Source: Verrucomicrobiota bacterium (lineage in GTDB: Bacteria; Verrucomicrobiota; Verrucomicrobiia; Verrucomicrobiales; Akkermansiaceae). From it: DNA of 64,000 bases. The notes beneath the pieces are model-generated. The model made no database searches and was not told the DNA's origin. It worked only from the letters and a program-made list of their open reading frames with translations. The translations under genes and the position numbers were made by a program. Shown piece by piece: positions 37,071 to 49,815 of this stretch; position 1 is the stretch's first letter, and the number at the start of each line of letters is the position of its first letter. The stretch covers positions 263,137 through 327,136 of the forward strand of contig JAZKEY010000004.1 of NCBI GenBank assembly GCA_040386755.1. Direction: 5' to 3'.

Positions 37071-38321
37071 TCAATTTCCGTCCGGTTTCGCGAGGTCCTT
37101 CAACGGACTCACCGCATACTTGAACTCCGCCACCTTGTCCGGCTTTGAAGGATTAAACGGCTTCACGTCATCCGCCAGCAGCACGGCCAACGGCAGCTTG
37201 TCCTCGCGAATTCCTTCGACGACGCATTTCGCGAGTTCGTAACTGCCGAAATTGTTGTGATGGGTGCCGTCTTGAAACGCCGCATTCAGATCTTTTCCGA
37301 GCCCGACATAAAGCTGCCGGCTCATCGCATGGAGATCGATCAACGCAGCTTTCTCTTTTTCCGCCACGCGCTTCATCGCATCCGGATAACCCGCCAACGT
37401 GTCCTTCTCCACCCCGCCCTTGCGCTCCATGGAAGTGACCAAGACCGGCGTCACGCCCTTTTCCTGAATCTCTCTAACGAGTTTGCCGAGGTTCTCCTCA
37501 AACTTCTGAAGCGCATCCGGATTCTTGCTCTTCATGTCGTTATGGCCGAACTGGATGAAAACGTAATCGCCCTTTTTCATCTCCGCCTTCACCTTCGCCA
37601 CCCGCCGGGCGGAAAACGAGCTGCCTAACGACTCACCGGATTCCGCATGGTTGGAAACCGCCACTCCCGGCTTGAAAAACCGCGTGAACATCTGGCCCCA
37701 GGAATTCCACGGTTCGAACGGCTGATCCGTCACCGTGGAATCACCGAGCAGATAAACCGTAGTCGCAGCCGCGGCCGGCGAGATTTCCACCGCCGCGACA
37801 CACGGCCGTGGGCCGTTGAATTCCAGCGTCAGCTTGTTGTCCCAGTGCAGATAGGGTCTTTCCCTGTTCTTCAATCCCACGCGGCCACCCGGATATTCCG
37901 GCTGGCGGATGTTTACGGTGAACTTCCGGCTCACCTGCTCCTTCTCCGCCGTCACCACATTTTCCAACATCAGCCTGCGGGATTCCGCCTTTACCGTCGT
38001 GTACGATCTTCCGGCAGGATCTCCTAGCAGAACCGTCACATCATAGTTCCCCTGCGGCAGCACCACGGAGAAATAGAAACCTCCCTCCGCCGTCACGAAG
38101 TCCCCCTTCACCGGATTCCCGCCGCGATCCTCCGCCTTCGGCGTGAATCCAAGATCGAAACCATAGCCCTTTTCCGGAGTGAACACATCGGCGGGCGTGA
38201 CGGCAGTGAATCCGGCACTGGTGTTCGCCAAGCCGAAGTCGAACTTCATCGGCGTGACCGGCGCGCCGTCCGTCATACAGGGCGCGAGGATGAACAGGAA
38301 TGAAGCGAAGCGCTTGGTCAT
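37071..38321 (-). CDS. Rhamnogalacturonan acetylesterase-like SGNH/GDSL esterase with N-terminal beta-sandwich
   Basis: LLGDSTV, SWGQMF, QFGHND, DGTHHN. Confidence 0.88.
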   Translation of the reverse strand: MTKRFASFLFILAPCMTDGAPVTPMKFDFGLANTSAGFTAVTPADVFTPEKGYGFDLGFTPKAEDRGGNPVKGDFVTAEGGFYFSVVLPQGNYDVTVLLGDPAGRSYTTVKAESRRLMLENVVTAEKEQVSRKFTVNIRQPEYPGGRVGLKNRERPYLHWDNKLTLEFNGPRPCVAAVEISPAAAATTVYLLGDSTVTDQPFEPWNSWGQMFTRFFKPGVAVSNHAESGESLGSSFSARRVAKVKAEMKKGDYVFIQFGHNDMKSKNPDALQKFEENLGKLVREIQEKGVTPVLVTSMERKGGVEKDTLAGYPDAMKRVAEKEKAALIDLHAMSRQLYVGLGKDLNAAFQDGTHHNNFGSYELAKCVVEGIREDKLPLAVLLADDVKPFNPSKPDKVAEFKYAVSPLKDLAKPDGN

Positions 38322-38382
38322 TTCTGAAAAATAGCGGGTGGAGAAAACCTGTCACCAAGTCCCGCATCCTCCGATTGGAGCA

Positions 38383-38430
38383 GGAAAACGAAAGCCCCCG
38401 GTTCGGAGATGATTTCCAGACCGGGGGCTT
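38383..38430 (-). terminator. Terminator after gyrA
   Basis: AAGCCCCCGGT (38392-402)/ACCGGGGGCTT (38420-30), followed by TTTCGTTTT on the minus strand. Confidence 0.8.
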
Positions 38431-38444
38431 CTTGCTTGAAGGGA

Positions 38445-41066
38445 TCAGGAAGCGTCCTCTTCAGGTGCCGGAGAGCCGTCGGCTTCTCCAATGATCTCTC
38501 CGTCTTCGGTATCCGACGGTGCATCATCGCCATCCGGAATGACGCGGGAGATGTCCTGGAGTTTTTCGCTTCCCTTGAGAGTTAGAAGTTTCACGCCTTG
38601 GGCATTTCGTCCGGTTTCGCGAACCTCTGCAGCGCGGATGCGGATGCTTTGGCCGCTGGAAGTCATGAGCATGAGCTCGTCTTCCTCGGTGACCGTCACG
38701 GCACCTACGACGGGTCCGGTCTTGTCGGTGACCTTCATGGTGATGATGCCTTTTCCGCCGCGTGACTGCTTGCGGTATTCCTCGAAGGTGGTTCGTTTTC
38801 CGATACCGTTCTCCGAAGCCACTAACAAAGTCGATCCCTGGGTGACGAGTGCGAGGCCGATGACGAAATCCGTTTCGCTCGGGCGGATGCCCATCACACC
38901 GGCAGTGCCACGACCCAGCGGACGGGTGTCGTCTTCGTGGAAGCGGAGGCTCATGCCTTCGTGGGTGACGAGGATGATTTCGTCGCCGCCGGAAGTTAGA
39001 CGGACGCCGATGAGTTCGTTGTCCTCTTCAAGGTTGATGGCGATGATGCCGTCCTTGCGGTAGTTGCGGAAATCGTTGACGGCGGTTTTCTTCACCTTGC
39101 CGCTGCGGGTGGCGAAGAAGATATAACCGGCTTCCTCGCGGAAGGTGATGTCGTTGCCATTTTCATCAACGGTGCGTTCGAGGCGGAGGAGCGCGGCGAT
39201 CTTTTCCTCGGGCTTCAGGTTAAGCACGTTCTGGATGCTGCGTCCCATCGCGGTGCGCGAGCCTTCCGGGAGTTCATAGACCCGCTCGACATACATGCGG
39301 CCGGTGTTGGTGAAGAATAACAGATAGTCGTGGGCCTGGACGCTGAAGAGGTGTTCGATGAAGTCGTTGGCCTCGTCCTTCTTGGTAGCGCGGGTTTCCA
39401 TGCCCTTGAGGCCCTTGCCGCCGCGGCCTTGGACTCGGTATTCGCTGGAAAGGGTGCGCTTGATGTAGCCGCGGTGGGAGAGGGTGACGATCATCGCGTC
39501 GTTGGCGATGAGGTCCTCCATGGCAACCTCACCGACTTCGGCGACGATGGTGCATTTCCGCGGCGTGGCGAACTTGTCTTTGATCATGCGAAGCTCGTCC
39601 TTGATGATGACGAGCACGCGTTCCTCACGGGCGAGGATGTCGAGCAGATCCTTGATGTCGGCGAGCACGGCGTCGTATTCGCCCTTCACCTTGTCCTGTT
39701 CGAGACCGGTGAGTTGATAGAGGCGGAGTTCGAGGATGGCGTTTACCTGGCGCTCGCTGAAAGTGTAGGTGCCGCCGGAAACGGACGCCTGCGAACGGAT
39801 CATGATGCCCAGCGCTTCGGCGGTGGCGACCGGGAAACTGTAGGCAGCAAGGCGCTCGCGGGCTTCATCGCGGTTTTTCGAGTTCCGGATGATTTTGATG
39901 AAATCATCGAGGTGGCCAAGGGCAAGGAGGAAGGCTTCGAGCAGTTCCGCGCGTTCCTCCGCCTTTCCTAGCAGATAGCGGGTGCGGCGGATGACGACCT
40001 CGCGGCGGTGCTCGATGTAAGCGTCGATGGCCTCCTTGAGCGAAAGCTGCTTCGGGCGGTTTTTGTGAATCGCCAGCATGTTCACGGAGAACGAGGTCTC
40101 CATGGAAGTGAGCTTGAAGAGCTGGGCGACGACGACCGCCGGGCGGGCATCGCGTTTCAGTTCGATTTCAATGCAGGTGTCCTCGGCGGATAGATCCCGC
40201 ATCCCGGAGATGCCGGTGAGGATCTTCTCGTTGACGAGTTCGGCGATGCGCTCCTGGAGCACCGCGCGGTTCACGCCGTAGGGAACGCCGCGGATGATGA
40301 TCATCGCCTTGCCGTTGGCGTTTTCCTCGATCTCCATTTTCCCGCGCATCCGCATGGAGCCGCGACCGGTGCGGAAGTATTCCTCGATGCCGCGGATGCC
40401 GCGGATTTCACAGCCGACCGGGAAGTCCGGTCCCTTGATGTGCTGCATCAGCTCCGGCAGCGTGATTTCCGGATTGTCGATCTGGGCGCAGATGCCATCG
40501 ACGACTTCGCCGAGGTTGTGCGAGGCGAGGTTGGTGGCCATGCCAACGGCGATGCCGGTGCTGCCGTTGACGAGGAAGTTAGGAAATGCGGACGGCAGGA
40601 CGGACGGCTCCAACTGCGAACCATCGTAGTTGGGAATCATATCGACCGTGTCCTTGTCGAGATCGTCCATCATCGCGATGCCGAGCGGATGGAGGCGCGC
40701 TTCGGTGTAACGCATGGATGCCGCGGAGTCGCCTTCCACCGAACCGAAGTTACCTTGACCATCGATGAGCATTTCGCGCATCGACCACGGTTGGCCCATG
40801 TTGACCAACGAGGTGTAGATGGACATGTCGCCGTGCGGGTGGAAGTTACCCATCGTCTCACCGACGATCTTTGCGCACTTGACGTGAGGCTTTCCCGGGC
40901 CGACGCCTAACTGGCGCATCGCGTAGAGAATCCGGCGTTGGGAGGGCTTGAGACCGTCGCGCACATCGGGAAGGGCGCGGGAAATAATCACCGACATCGA
41001 GTATTCCAAGAAGGACTTGGAGAGTTCCTCGGCGACGTTGATCGGTTTAATGTTAGCTTCGGACAT
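38445..41066 (-). CDS. gyrA: DNA gyrase subunit A
   Basis: RALPDVRDGLKP, HPHGD, AASMRYTE, GyrA-box QGRGGKG, C-terminal pinwheel repeats. Confidence 0.97.
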   Translation of the reverse strand: MSEANIKPINVAEELSKSFLEYSMSVIISRALPDVRDGLKPSQRRILYAMRQLGVGPGKPHVKCAKIVGETMGNFHPHGDMSIYTSLVNMGQPWSMREMLIDGQGNFGSVEGDSAASMRYTEARLHPLGIAMMDDLDKDTVDMIPNYDGSQLEPSVLPSAFPNFLVNGSTGIAVGMATNLASHNLGEVVDGICAQIDNPEITLPELMQHIKGPDFPVGCEIRGIRGIEEYFRTGRGSMRMRGKMEIEENANGKAMIIIRGVPYGVNRAVLQERIAELVNEKILTGISGMRDLSAEDTCIEIELKRDARPAVVVAQLFKLTSMETSFSVNMLAIHKNRPKQLSLKEAIDAYIEHRREVVIRRTRYLLGKAEERAELLEAFLLALGHLDDFIKIIRNSKNRDEARERLAAYSFPVATAEALGIMIRSQASVSGGTYTFSERQVNAILELRLYQLTGLEQDKVKGEYDAVLADIKDLLDILAREERVLVIIKDELRMIKDKFATPRKCTIVAEVGEVAMEDLIANDAMIVTLSHRGYIKRTLSSEYRVQGRGGKGLKGMETRATKKDEANDFIEHLFSVQAHDYLLFFTNTGRMYVERVYELPEGSRTAMGRSIQNVLNLKPEEKIAALLRLERTVDENGNDITFREEAGYIFFATRSGKVKKTAVNDFRNYRKDGIIAINLEEDNELIGVRLTSGGDEIILVTHEGMSLRFHEDDTRPLGRGTAGVMGIRPSETDFVIGLALVTQGSTLLVASENGIGKRTTFEEYRKQSRGGKGIITMKVTDKTGPVVGAVTVTEEDELMLMTSSGQSIRIRAAEVRETGRNAQGVKLLTLKGSEKLQDISRVIPDGDDAPSDTEDGEIIGEADGSPAPEEDAS

Positions 41067-41099
41067 CGTATCAAAAAGGGGTCAGGAATCGGGGATAAC

Positions 41100-43712
<2,613 letters not shown>

Positions 43713-43766
43713 TCACCCCACTTTCAACCACCCCAAGCCATTGACGACAAGAGAGTTACGATCCTG

Positions 43767-44132
43767 TTATTTCTTCACCCAAACGTTCAAAAACCATGAT
43801 ACGAGCAAGCAGGCGCAAATGGCCAAAATAAACATCGTGATGATGAATAATGTCTTCGCGGTTTCCCGCCGATCCAGGTGCTGGCGATCCACCATCGAGT
43901 CGGCAATGATGTGACCCCTGCTCCGGCGCGGAGCATGTTGTTTCCCTTGGACGGCGGAAGATCGCCGCACCGCCGGCTCCACCATGACGACGGCAGCCAT
44001 TTGCACAGTGTCTGTGTGAGCGGGGGCGACGATCACCGTACCGCAGGAAGGACAGGGGCCGCTCACGCCGGCCAGGCGATGGCTCACCGACAGCTTCCTG
44101 CCGCACCTCGGGCAACAAAAAACGAGTTCCAC
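43767..44132 (-). CDS. Small zinc-ribbon protein with C-terminal TM helix
   Basis: CPRCG...CPSCG then LFIITMFILAICACLLVSWFL; probable GTG start 44132 (ORF track 44204). Confidence 0.65.
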   Translation of the reverse strand: MELVFCCPRCGRKLSVSHRLAGVSGPCPSCGTVIVAPAHTDTVQMAAVVMVEPAVRRSSAVQGKQHAPRRSRGHIIADSMVDRQHLDRRETAKTLFIITMFILAICACLLVSWFLNVWVKK

Positions 44133-44213
44133 GCTTTTTTCGGGATCCGAGATTGATGACTCCAGCACGTTGGAATTGAAAACCCGTGGAATCGCGGGAC
44201 TCAAGCCCGAAGA

Positions 44214-45290
44214 TCAAACCGGCATGCCGAGACACGCGCGCTGCCATTTCAAGAGCACGTCCGCAGGTTCGACTTCACCTTCGGCCAAGGATTCCAAGGT
44301 GGCCCGCGGCGCGATCAGAGATCCTTCGATATCAAGCTTGGTGGCCTCCCTCTCGCGGATTTTGATGAGGTCATCCACCTTGCGTTCAAAATCCCGGTCC
44401 CGCTTCCTGCGCTTGCCGGCAGGGCGCTCCGGCCATTCCGATTCCGGAAGGCCTTGAACCATCTCAACAGCCGCGCGAAAACGCTTCAGCCGATCCGGGC
44501 GGAAATGATTGGGAAGGGACAAATTTTTGTTAGCCGCCAGATCGATGCTCCATTCCAAAAGCTGCCGGTTCGGAGCCACCATGAACGACGGACGATCCCA
44601 GGATTTGGCCTCTCCGTCCCGCCACTGCCACAATGCCCTCAGAAAAGCCAATCCGTAGGGCTCCAGCTTGCCGGATCCCTGCACTCGCCAGTTTTCCTCC
44701 TTCGTGTCATCCCGATCCAAAACCCGCTGGCGGGCGGCGAGACAGCTTTCCTCGAACCATTCGTAACGCCCCTTTTCCTTGAGTTGGGCAACGATCATAT
44801 CGCCCATTTCCAGGAGATAATGCACATCATTGAGCGCATACTCGATCATTTTGGGAGACAACGGGCGCTTGCCCCAATCCGCTTTCTGCGATGATTTCGA
44901 AAGCTCGACTCCGAAATAAAGATTCACGAGATCCCCGAGGCCGAAGCGGCGGACCCCTAACAATCTAGCACCAATCTGCGTGTCATAGACGACGGCGGGC
45001 AGGTTTCCGAACTGCCGCTTGAACATCGTCATGTCGTAATCGGCTCCGTGCATCCATACGGTGGCCGATGAAAGATAGGCCCCTAGGGAAGACAGGTCCT
45101 CGATCGCCAGAGGGTCGATCAGGACGCACTTGGCCCGGTCCGCGAATTGAATCAGACAAAGGGATTCACGATAGCGGTGCAAGCTGTCCGCTTCCGTGTC
45201 GATGGCGCATACCGGATGTTCGGAACCTTGGCGACTCGTCTCAAGATGGCTAACGAGCCGCTCCGCAGTATCGATCATGTCCGAACTCAT
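44214..45290 (-). CDS. rnd: Ribonuclease D (DEDDy exonuclease plus HRDC)
   Basis: AIDTEADSLHRY, LCLIQ, HGADYD, YDTQIGARLLG, DWGKRPLS, YALNDV. Confidence 0.9.
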   Translation of the reverse strand: MSSDMIDTAERLVSHLETSRQGSEHPVCAIDTEADSLHRYRESLCLIQFADRAKCVLIDPLAIEDLSSLGAYLSSATVWMHGADYDMTMFKRQFGNLPAVVYDTQIGARLLGVRRFGLGDLVNLYFGVELSKSSQKADWGKRPLSPKMIEYALNDVHYLLEMGDMIVAQLKEKGRYEWFEESCLAARQRVLDRDDTKEENWRVQGSGKLEPYGLAFLRALWQWRDGEAKSWDRPSFMVAPNRQLLEWSIDLAANKNLSLPNHFRPDRLKRFRAAVEMVQGLPESEWPERPAGKRRKRDRDFERKVDDLIKIREREATKLDIEGSLIAPRATLESLAEGEVEPADVLLKWQRACLGMPV

Positions 45291-45368
45291 CAACTGGCAA
45301 TCCAGAGAGTGAAAAATCCAACCAGCCGGGTGTTTCGGGAGATTTCTTGAGGGAGCCTCATCGGCTTC

Positions 45369-46958
45369 TCACTTGTTTTTCTTGAGGGTAATCTTCACCC
45401 GATAGATATCGGAAAGCGTGCCCGGAGGCTGGATATACCAATTGGGATTGGTGAAGACTTGCTGCTCGTCCGGAACCATGATCTTGCTCCTCACTTGGAT
45501 CTGCGTGGTGACGATGTTGCGCTCGACGTTTGTCACGCGGTCCACCGTCCAATTGTCATCTTCGGTGAATTTCTGCCAGGTTTTCCCTTGGTCGGTGCTT
45601 CGCTGCAGGAGGTAGGCTACCTTGGGATTCGTTGCGGTCTGGACATTCACGTTGAAACCGTAGTAAGAGCCGATCGGGGTAGGACCACCCACGATGTTCA
45701 CGGCTTGGTAGGGTGCGGGTGTCGGAGGTTCGGGGGTACTGGCGAAATCGTTGCCGTTGCTGCCCAGGATCCATTCGTTCAAGTTGTTGAATCCGTCTTT
45801 GTCCGGATCGGACAGAATGTCCTTACCCCGCGCCTTCGCGAAATTGATGTCCGTGTATTCGGTGTAGCGGTTCACCACCATCACGGGAATCTGGAACTTG
45901 CGCGAGGAGAAGTCATAGGTGACCCCGCCGGTTTGGAAGTCCCGTTGCAATTGGAGTTCGACCATCGCGCGCATTCCCGACGGGAAAATCGGCGGCACCG
46001 TGAACGAAGTTTGATACGGGCTTGTCAGCAAGACCCGGGAATCGCCTCCATTATCGAACGCGGGGAACATCGCCTCCCGCTCGACCAAGGCGGAGCCTTG
46101 CGGATTCTTGGGGTCGCGCAACGCTCTCAAGGAGAAGTAGAGGTTGTCCACGGCCGCAAAGACCGTATCAGGATTCATCCCCTTCCACTTGATGACGTTC
46201 GGCCTGAAGTAACTCAATTCGATGAATCCTTTGGGACTCCATTTGTTATTATTGATGCTCGTGAATACAACTCCTTGCTCGGTGTTGTTCACATTGGCCA
46301 ATCCCTCGACCATCGGATAAATCGTCGCGGAAATCGGGGCTGGCCGGAAGACATAATCCTCGCTCGGGGAGTTATCCACCGCAGGAAAAACATACTGGTA
46401 GACACCGGGGACAATCTCGCTGGTGAACTTTGTCCGCTGGGACTTGGCATACTCCCGTTCCAGAAAATAGTGGGTGATTTTATACTCCTGAATACTGGTT
46501 GTGTTCAGGTTATAATATACCGTCGCGCTATCATCCTTAAATCCGCCCGATGGTCTCGGCAGGCCCGATGCGGGTGCCGCCGACAGACTGACGAACTGGG
46601 GCTTGAACGGCTCGATGGCAATGGCAGGATAGAGTGACGTGACTACGAGGTAAGGTCTCTGGATCGTTGCGCCATTGATGCTCCCCGAACTCAAAAATCC
46701 GGCGGTCCCCGGTGAGCAAATACCGATGTAGTACCCAGGTGGGAAATAGTTGGGGTCATTGCAGCCGAAAATGCTGTCAACGTGGCCATCCACAAGGTCC
46801 ATGTCGAAGGACCCTCCCTTGAAATTGATGCTTTTTTTGTCCTGACGGTAAGAGATTTTGCTACTGAGACTCAGCGAGATCTGCGCGCCCAAAGGCATGG
46901 CCGCCGATACAAAGAGTGCGGAAATGAGCGGCAAATAGTGGGTTTTAATCCGAATCAT
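45369..46958 (-). CDS. Secreted protein of unknown function
   Basis: Signal peptide (LPLISALFVSAAMPLGA); C-terminal DPDKDGFNNLNEWILG motif. Confidence 0.75.
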   Translation of the reverse strand: MIRIKTHYLPLISALFVSAAMPLGAQISLSLSSKISYRQDKKSINFKGGSFDMDLVDGHVDSIFGCNDPNYFPPGYYIGICSPGTAGFLSSGSINGATIQRPYLVVTSLYPAIAIEPFKPQFVSLSAAPASGLPRPSGGFKDDSATVYYNLNTTSIQEYKITHYFLEREYAKSQRTKFTSEIVPGVYQYVFPAVDNSPSEDYVFRPAPISATIYPMVEGLANVNNTEQGVVFTSINNNKWSPKGFIELSYFRPNVIKWKGMNPDTVFAAVDNLYFSLRALRDPKNPQGSALVEREAMFPAFDNGGDSRVLLTSPYQTSFTVPPIFPSGMRAMVELQLQRDFQTGGVTYDFSSRKFQIPVMVVNRYTEYTDINFAKARGKDILSDPDKDGFNNLNEWILGSNGNDFASTPEPPTPAPYQAVNIVGGPTPIGSYYGFNVNVQTATNPKVAYLLQRSTDQGKTWQKFTEDDNWTVDRVTNVERNIVTTQIQVRSKIMVPDEQQVFTNPNWYIQPPGTLSDIYRVKITLKKNK

Positions 46959-47049
46959 GTGCGGAAGATGGTGTGGTGAATTGGAGCTGACAAGAGGAAA
47001 TTCGACGTTCTTGCGACAATACTTGAATTACATTGTAATCACGAAGCGC

Positions 47050-48273
47050 TTAGGCGACCCGAAATGCGGCCGCTTGATCCGGAGTCAATTCCAAGACCCG
47101 CCATGGGAGCCCGTGGATATTCAAATCGGCCATGAACGAATCGGGATCGAGTTGCTCGATGTTCCAAACTCCGGGTTTGCGCCAAGGTTTCGCGAGAATT
47201 TGCTTGGCCCCGATCATCGCCGGGACCCCCGTGGTGTAAGAAATCGCTTGGGAGCCGACCTCGGCGAAGCACTCCTCGTGATCGCAGATGTTGTAAATGT
47301 AGATCGCCTTCGATTTGCCGTCCTTGACCCCGGTGATGATGTTGCCAATGCAGGTGCGGCCTTTGGTGGATTGGCCAAGGTCGCCGGGATTCGGCAGGAC
47401 GGCCTTGAGAAACTGGAGCGGCACGATTTCCACGCCTTGATAGACGACTGGATCGATCCGGGTCATCCCGACGTTCTGAAGCACTTCGAGATGCTTCAAG
47501 TAGTTTGGCGAGAACGACATCCAGAATTGGGCGCGCTTGATGGTCGGAATGTGTTTCACGAGGGATTCGAGTTCTTCATGGTACATCCGATAAATCTCAT
47601 AGGTTCCGACTCCATCAGGACAAATAAATTCCTGATGCTCCGACATCGGCGGGGTTTCAACGAATTCGCCGTTTTCGAAGTGGCGGCACTCGGCGGTGAC
47701 CTCGCGGATATTGATTTCCGGATTGAAATTGGTGGCGAACGCCTTGCCGTGGTTGCCGCCGTTTACGTCGATGATGTCGAGCGTGTGGATTTCGTCGTAA
47801 TGGTGTTTCAGTGCCCAAGCGGTGTAAACGTTGGTCACGCCGGGGTCGAAACCGGAGCCAAGCAGCGCGGTGAGTCCGGCTTTCTCGAATTTTTCCTGAT
47901 ACGCCCACTGCCAGGAATACTCGAATTTCGCGACATCCAGCGGTTCGTAGTTCGCGGTGTCCATGTAGTCGCAACCGGCGAGCAGGCAGGCGTCCATCAA
48001 ATTGAGGTCCTGGTAGGGCAAGGCGACGTTGATCAGGAGAGAGGCCCCGGTCTTGCGGATGAGGGCGGCGGTTTCCTCGGCATTGTCGGCGTCCACCTTG
48101 GCGGTGGCGATGTCGCGGCCGGTCCGTTGTTTCACTTCGGCGGCGATCGCGTCGCATTTCGAGAGGGTTCGCGAGGCCAAGGTGATTTCTCCGAAGACCT
48201 CGGGGACCATGGCGCATTTGTGGGCGACGACGCTGCCGACTCCGCCGGCTCCGATGATGAGGACTTTGTTCAT
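47050..48273 (-). CDS. Saccharopine dehydrogenase family protein, probable carboxynorspermidine dehydrogenase
   Basis: MNKVLIIGAGGVG, NVALPYQD, YMDTANYE, GSGFDPGVT, FATNFNPEINIRE, YHEELESL; start ATG 48273. Confidence 0.88.
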   Translation of the reverse strand: MNKVLIIGAGGVGSVVAHKCAMVPEVFGEITLASRTLSKCDAIAAEVKQRTGRDIATAKVDADNAEETAALIRKTGASLLINVALPYQDLNLMDACLLAGCDYMDTANYEPLDVAKFEYSWQWAYQEKFEKAGLTALLGSGFDPGVTNVYTAWALKHHYDEIHTLDIIDVNGGNHGKAFATNFNPEINIREVTAECRHFENGEFVETPPMSEHQEFICPDGVGTYEIYRMYHEELESLVKHIPTIKRAQFWMSFSPNYLKHLEVLQNVGMTRIDPVVYQGVEIVPLQFLKAVLPNPGDLGQSTKGRTCIGNIITGVKDGKSKAIYIYNICDHEECFAEVGSQAISYTTGVPAMIGAKQILAKPWRKPGVWNIEQLDPDSFMADLNIHGLPWRVLELTPDQAAAFRVA

Positions 48274-48429
48274 GATGGAAAGAGGCACAAGGGGTGAGAG
48301 AATCCGACGCGGCTTGCAAGAAATTCCCCGTGACGCCTGCGGATACTTTCGCGGAATTTTCCGACAACTTTTGGGTAGCATGGCGTTTTCATCCCTGAAA
48401 GGCTAACGCCAGACGAAAAAACACTTCTC

Positions 48430-48870
48430 ATGAAAATCACCACCCCTTCCTCCAGCTTCCGCCGCCGCGCCGGTTTCACCCTGCTCGAAATGGTCATCGT
48501 TCTCGGCATCATCGCGATGATCCTCGGCGGCGCGATCTTCTCGATGAAGAAAATCGGCAACTCCGCCAAACTCAGTCAAACCGAATCCGACTTCAAGAGC
48601 TTCGACAGTGCCCTCGCGATGTACAAATTGAACGGCGGCACTTTCCCCGTCACTCAGCAAGGCCTGAAGGCGCTGGTGGAAAAGCCTTCCTCCACCCCGG
48701 TTCCACGCCGCTGGGTGCAAATCATGCCCAAAGTGCCATTGGACCCATGGGGCAGTCCTTATGGCTATCGCTTCCCAGGCAAGAAGAATGCCAGCGATTT
48801 TGAAATCTTCAGCAACGGCCCGGACGGACAGGAAAACACCGCAGATGATCTTAGCAGCCAGGACGAATAA
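48430..48870 (+). CDS. gspG: Type II secretion major pseudopilin
   Basis: GFTLLEMVIVL prepilin motif; ALAMYKL, PVTQQGLKAL, DPWGSPY. Confidence 0.92.
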   Translation: MKITTPSSSFRRRAGFTLLEMVIVLGIIAMILGGAIFSMKKIGNSAKLSQTESDFKSFDSALAMYKLNGGTFPVTQQGLKALVEKPSSTPVPRRWVQIMPKVPLDPWGSPYGYRFPGKKNASDFEIFSNGPDGQENTADDLSSQDE

Positions 48871-49405
48871 GCCGCGCCGGGGCTTCACCCTTATCGAGAT
48901 CGTCATGGTGCTCGCCATCGCGGGTGTCGTCATGGGCGGCGCGGTGGGACTGATGTTGTTCTCATCCGACGAGCGTGCCTTGCGCAACGCTTCTGGCGAA
49001 ATCGAATTGATGGCCAAAAAAGCCCGCACTATCTCGATCCTTCACCAGACGCCCTATGCCCTTGAGTTCCGCGAAGGCAGCGTCAATCTGCTCCCGCTCG
49101 CCCAAGCCGGGCGGGACGAGAAACAGCTCTCGCGGCAGCGGAATCAAATCGAGGAACCCGAGTCCGGCGGCACCAACGAAAACCGCCGGTTCCAACTCCA
49201 AGCCGGCATGGGCATTGCGATCCGGCATTGGAACTCCGACAAATGGCTCACCGCCGCGAAAAACACCGTCCATGTCTGGCGCTTCGATCCGGATGGCCTT
49301 TGCGAACCCATTTCCGTCCGGCTCACGCTCAACAAAAGCTGGGCTGTCGATTCCTTCCATCCGCTTACCGCCTCCATCACGGACAGCGAACTCGAAGCCA
49401 AATGA
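48845..49405 (+). CDS. Minor pseudopilin, GspH-like
   Basis: RRGFTLIEIVMVL; likely start ATG 48845. Confidence 0.8.
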   Translation: MILAARTNKPRRGFTLIEIVMVLAIAGVVMGGAVGLMLFSSDERALRNASGEIELMAKKARTISILHQTPYALEFREGSVNLLPLAQAGRDEKQLSRQRNQIEEPESGGTNENRRFQLQAGMGIAIRHWNSDKWLTAAKNTVHVWRFDPDGLCEPISVRLTLNKSWAVDSFHPLTASITDSELEAK

Positions 49406-49815
49406 TCCCTTCCCGCCAACGCATCAGACGCGGATTCCTTCTCCTTGAGATGGTTCTCGCGCTGGGCGTGTTCGGCATCGCCGCGACCGGATTCGCCGTC
49501 GCGCTGAGGCGCATGGCGCAGGCTGCACAACTCGCCCAAAGCGAACTCCGCATCACCCGCATCCTCGACAGCGCCTTGGACGAAACCCTTTCCATCCCGA
49601 CGATGGAGGAAGGGGAAACCAGCACCACCGTCGGCGAGACCGACATCGAGCTCAACACCACCATCTCCCTCATCGAAGACCTCCAAACCGAAGAGGGCCA
49701 ACAACTTGCCGAGATGTTTCGGATCAAGATCGTCGCCAAATGGTATGAAAACGGCGCCTGGCAGGAGCGCTCCGTCGACACCTGGCGCTACGGACGCATG
49801 TATCAACCGCTGTGA
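49402..49815 (+). CDS. Minor pseudopilin, GspI-like
   Basis: RRGFLLLEMVLAL; ATGA overlap at 49402. Confidence 0.78.
   Translation: MIPSRQRIRRGFLLLEMVLALGVFGIAATGFAVALRRMAQAAQLAQSELRITRILDSALDETLSIPTMEEGETSTTVGETDIELNTTISLIEDLQTEEGQQLAEMFRIKIVAKWYENGAWQERSVDTWRYGRMYQPL

Noticed and set aside
46957-48297. 446-aa plus-strand ORF
   Set aside because: Antisense shadow of the well-supported dehydrogenase; no motifs; typical of high-GC codon bias
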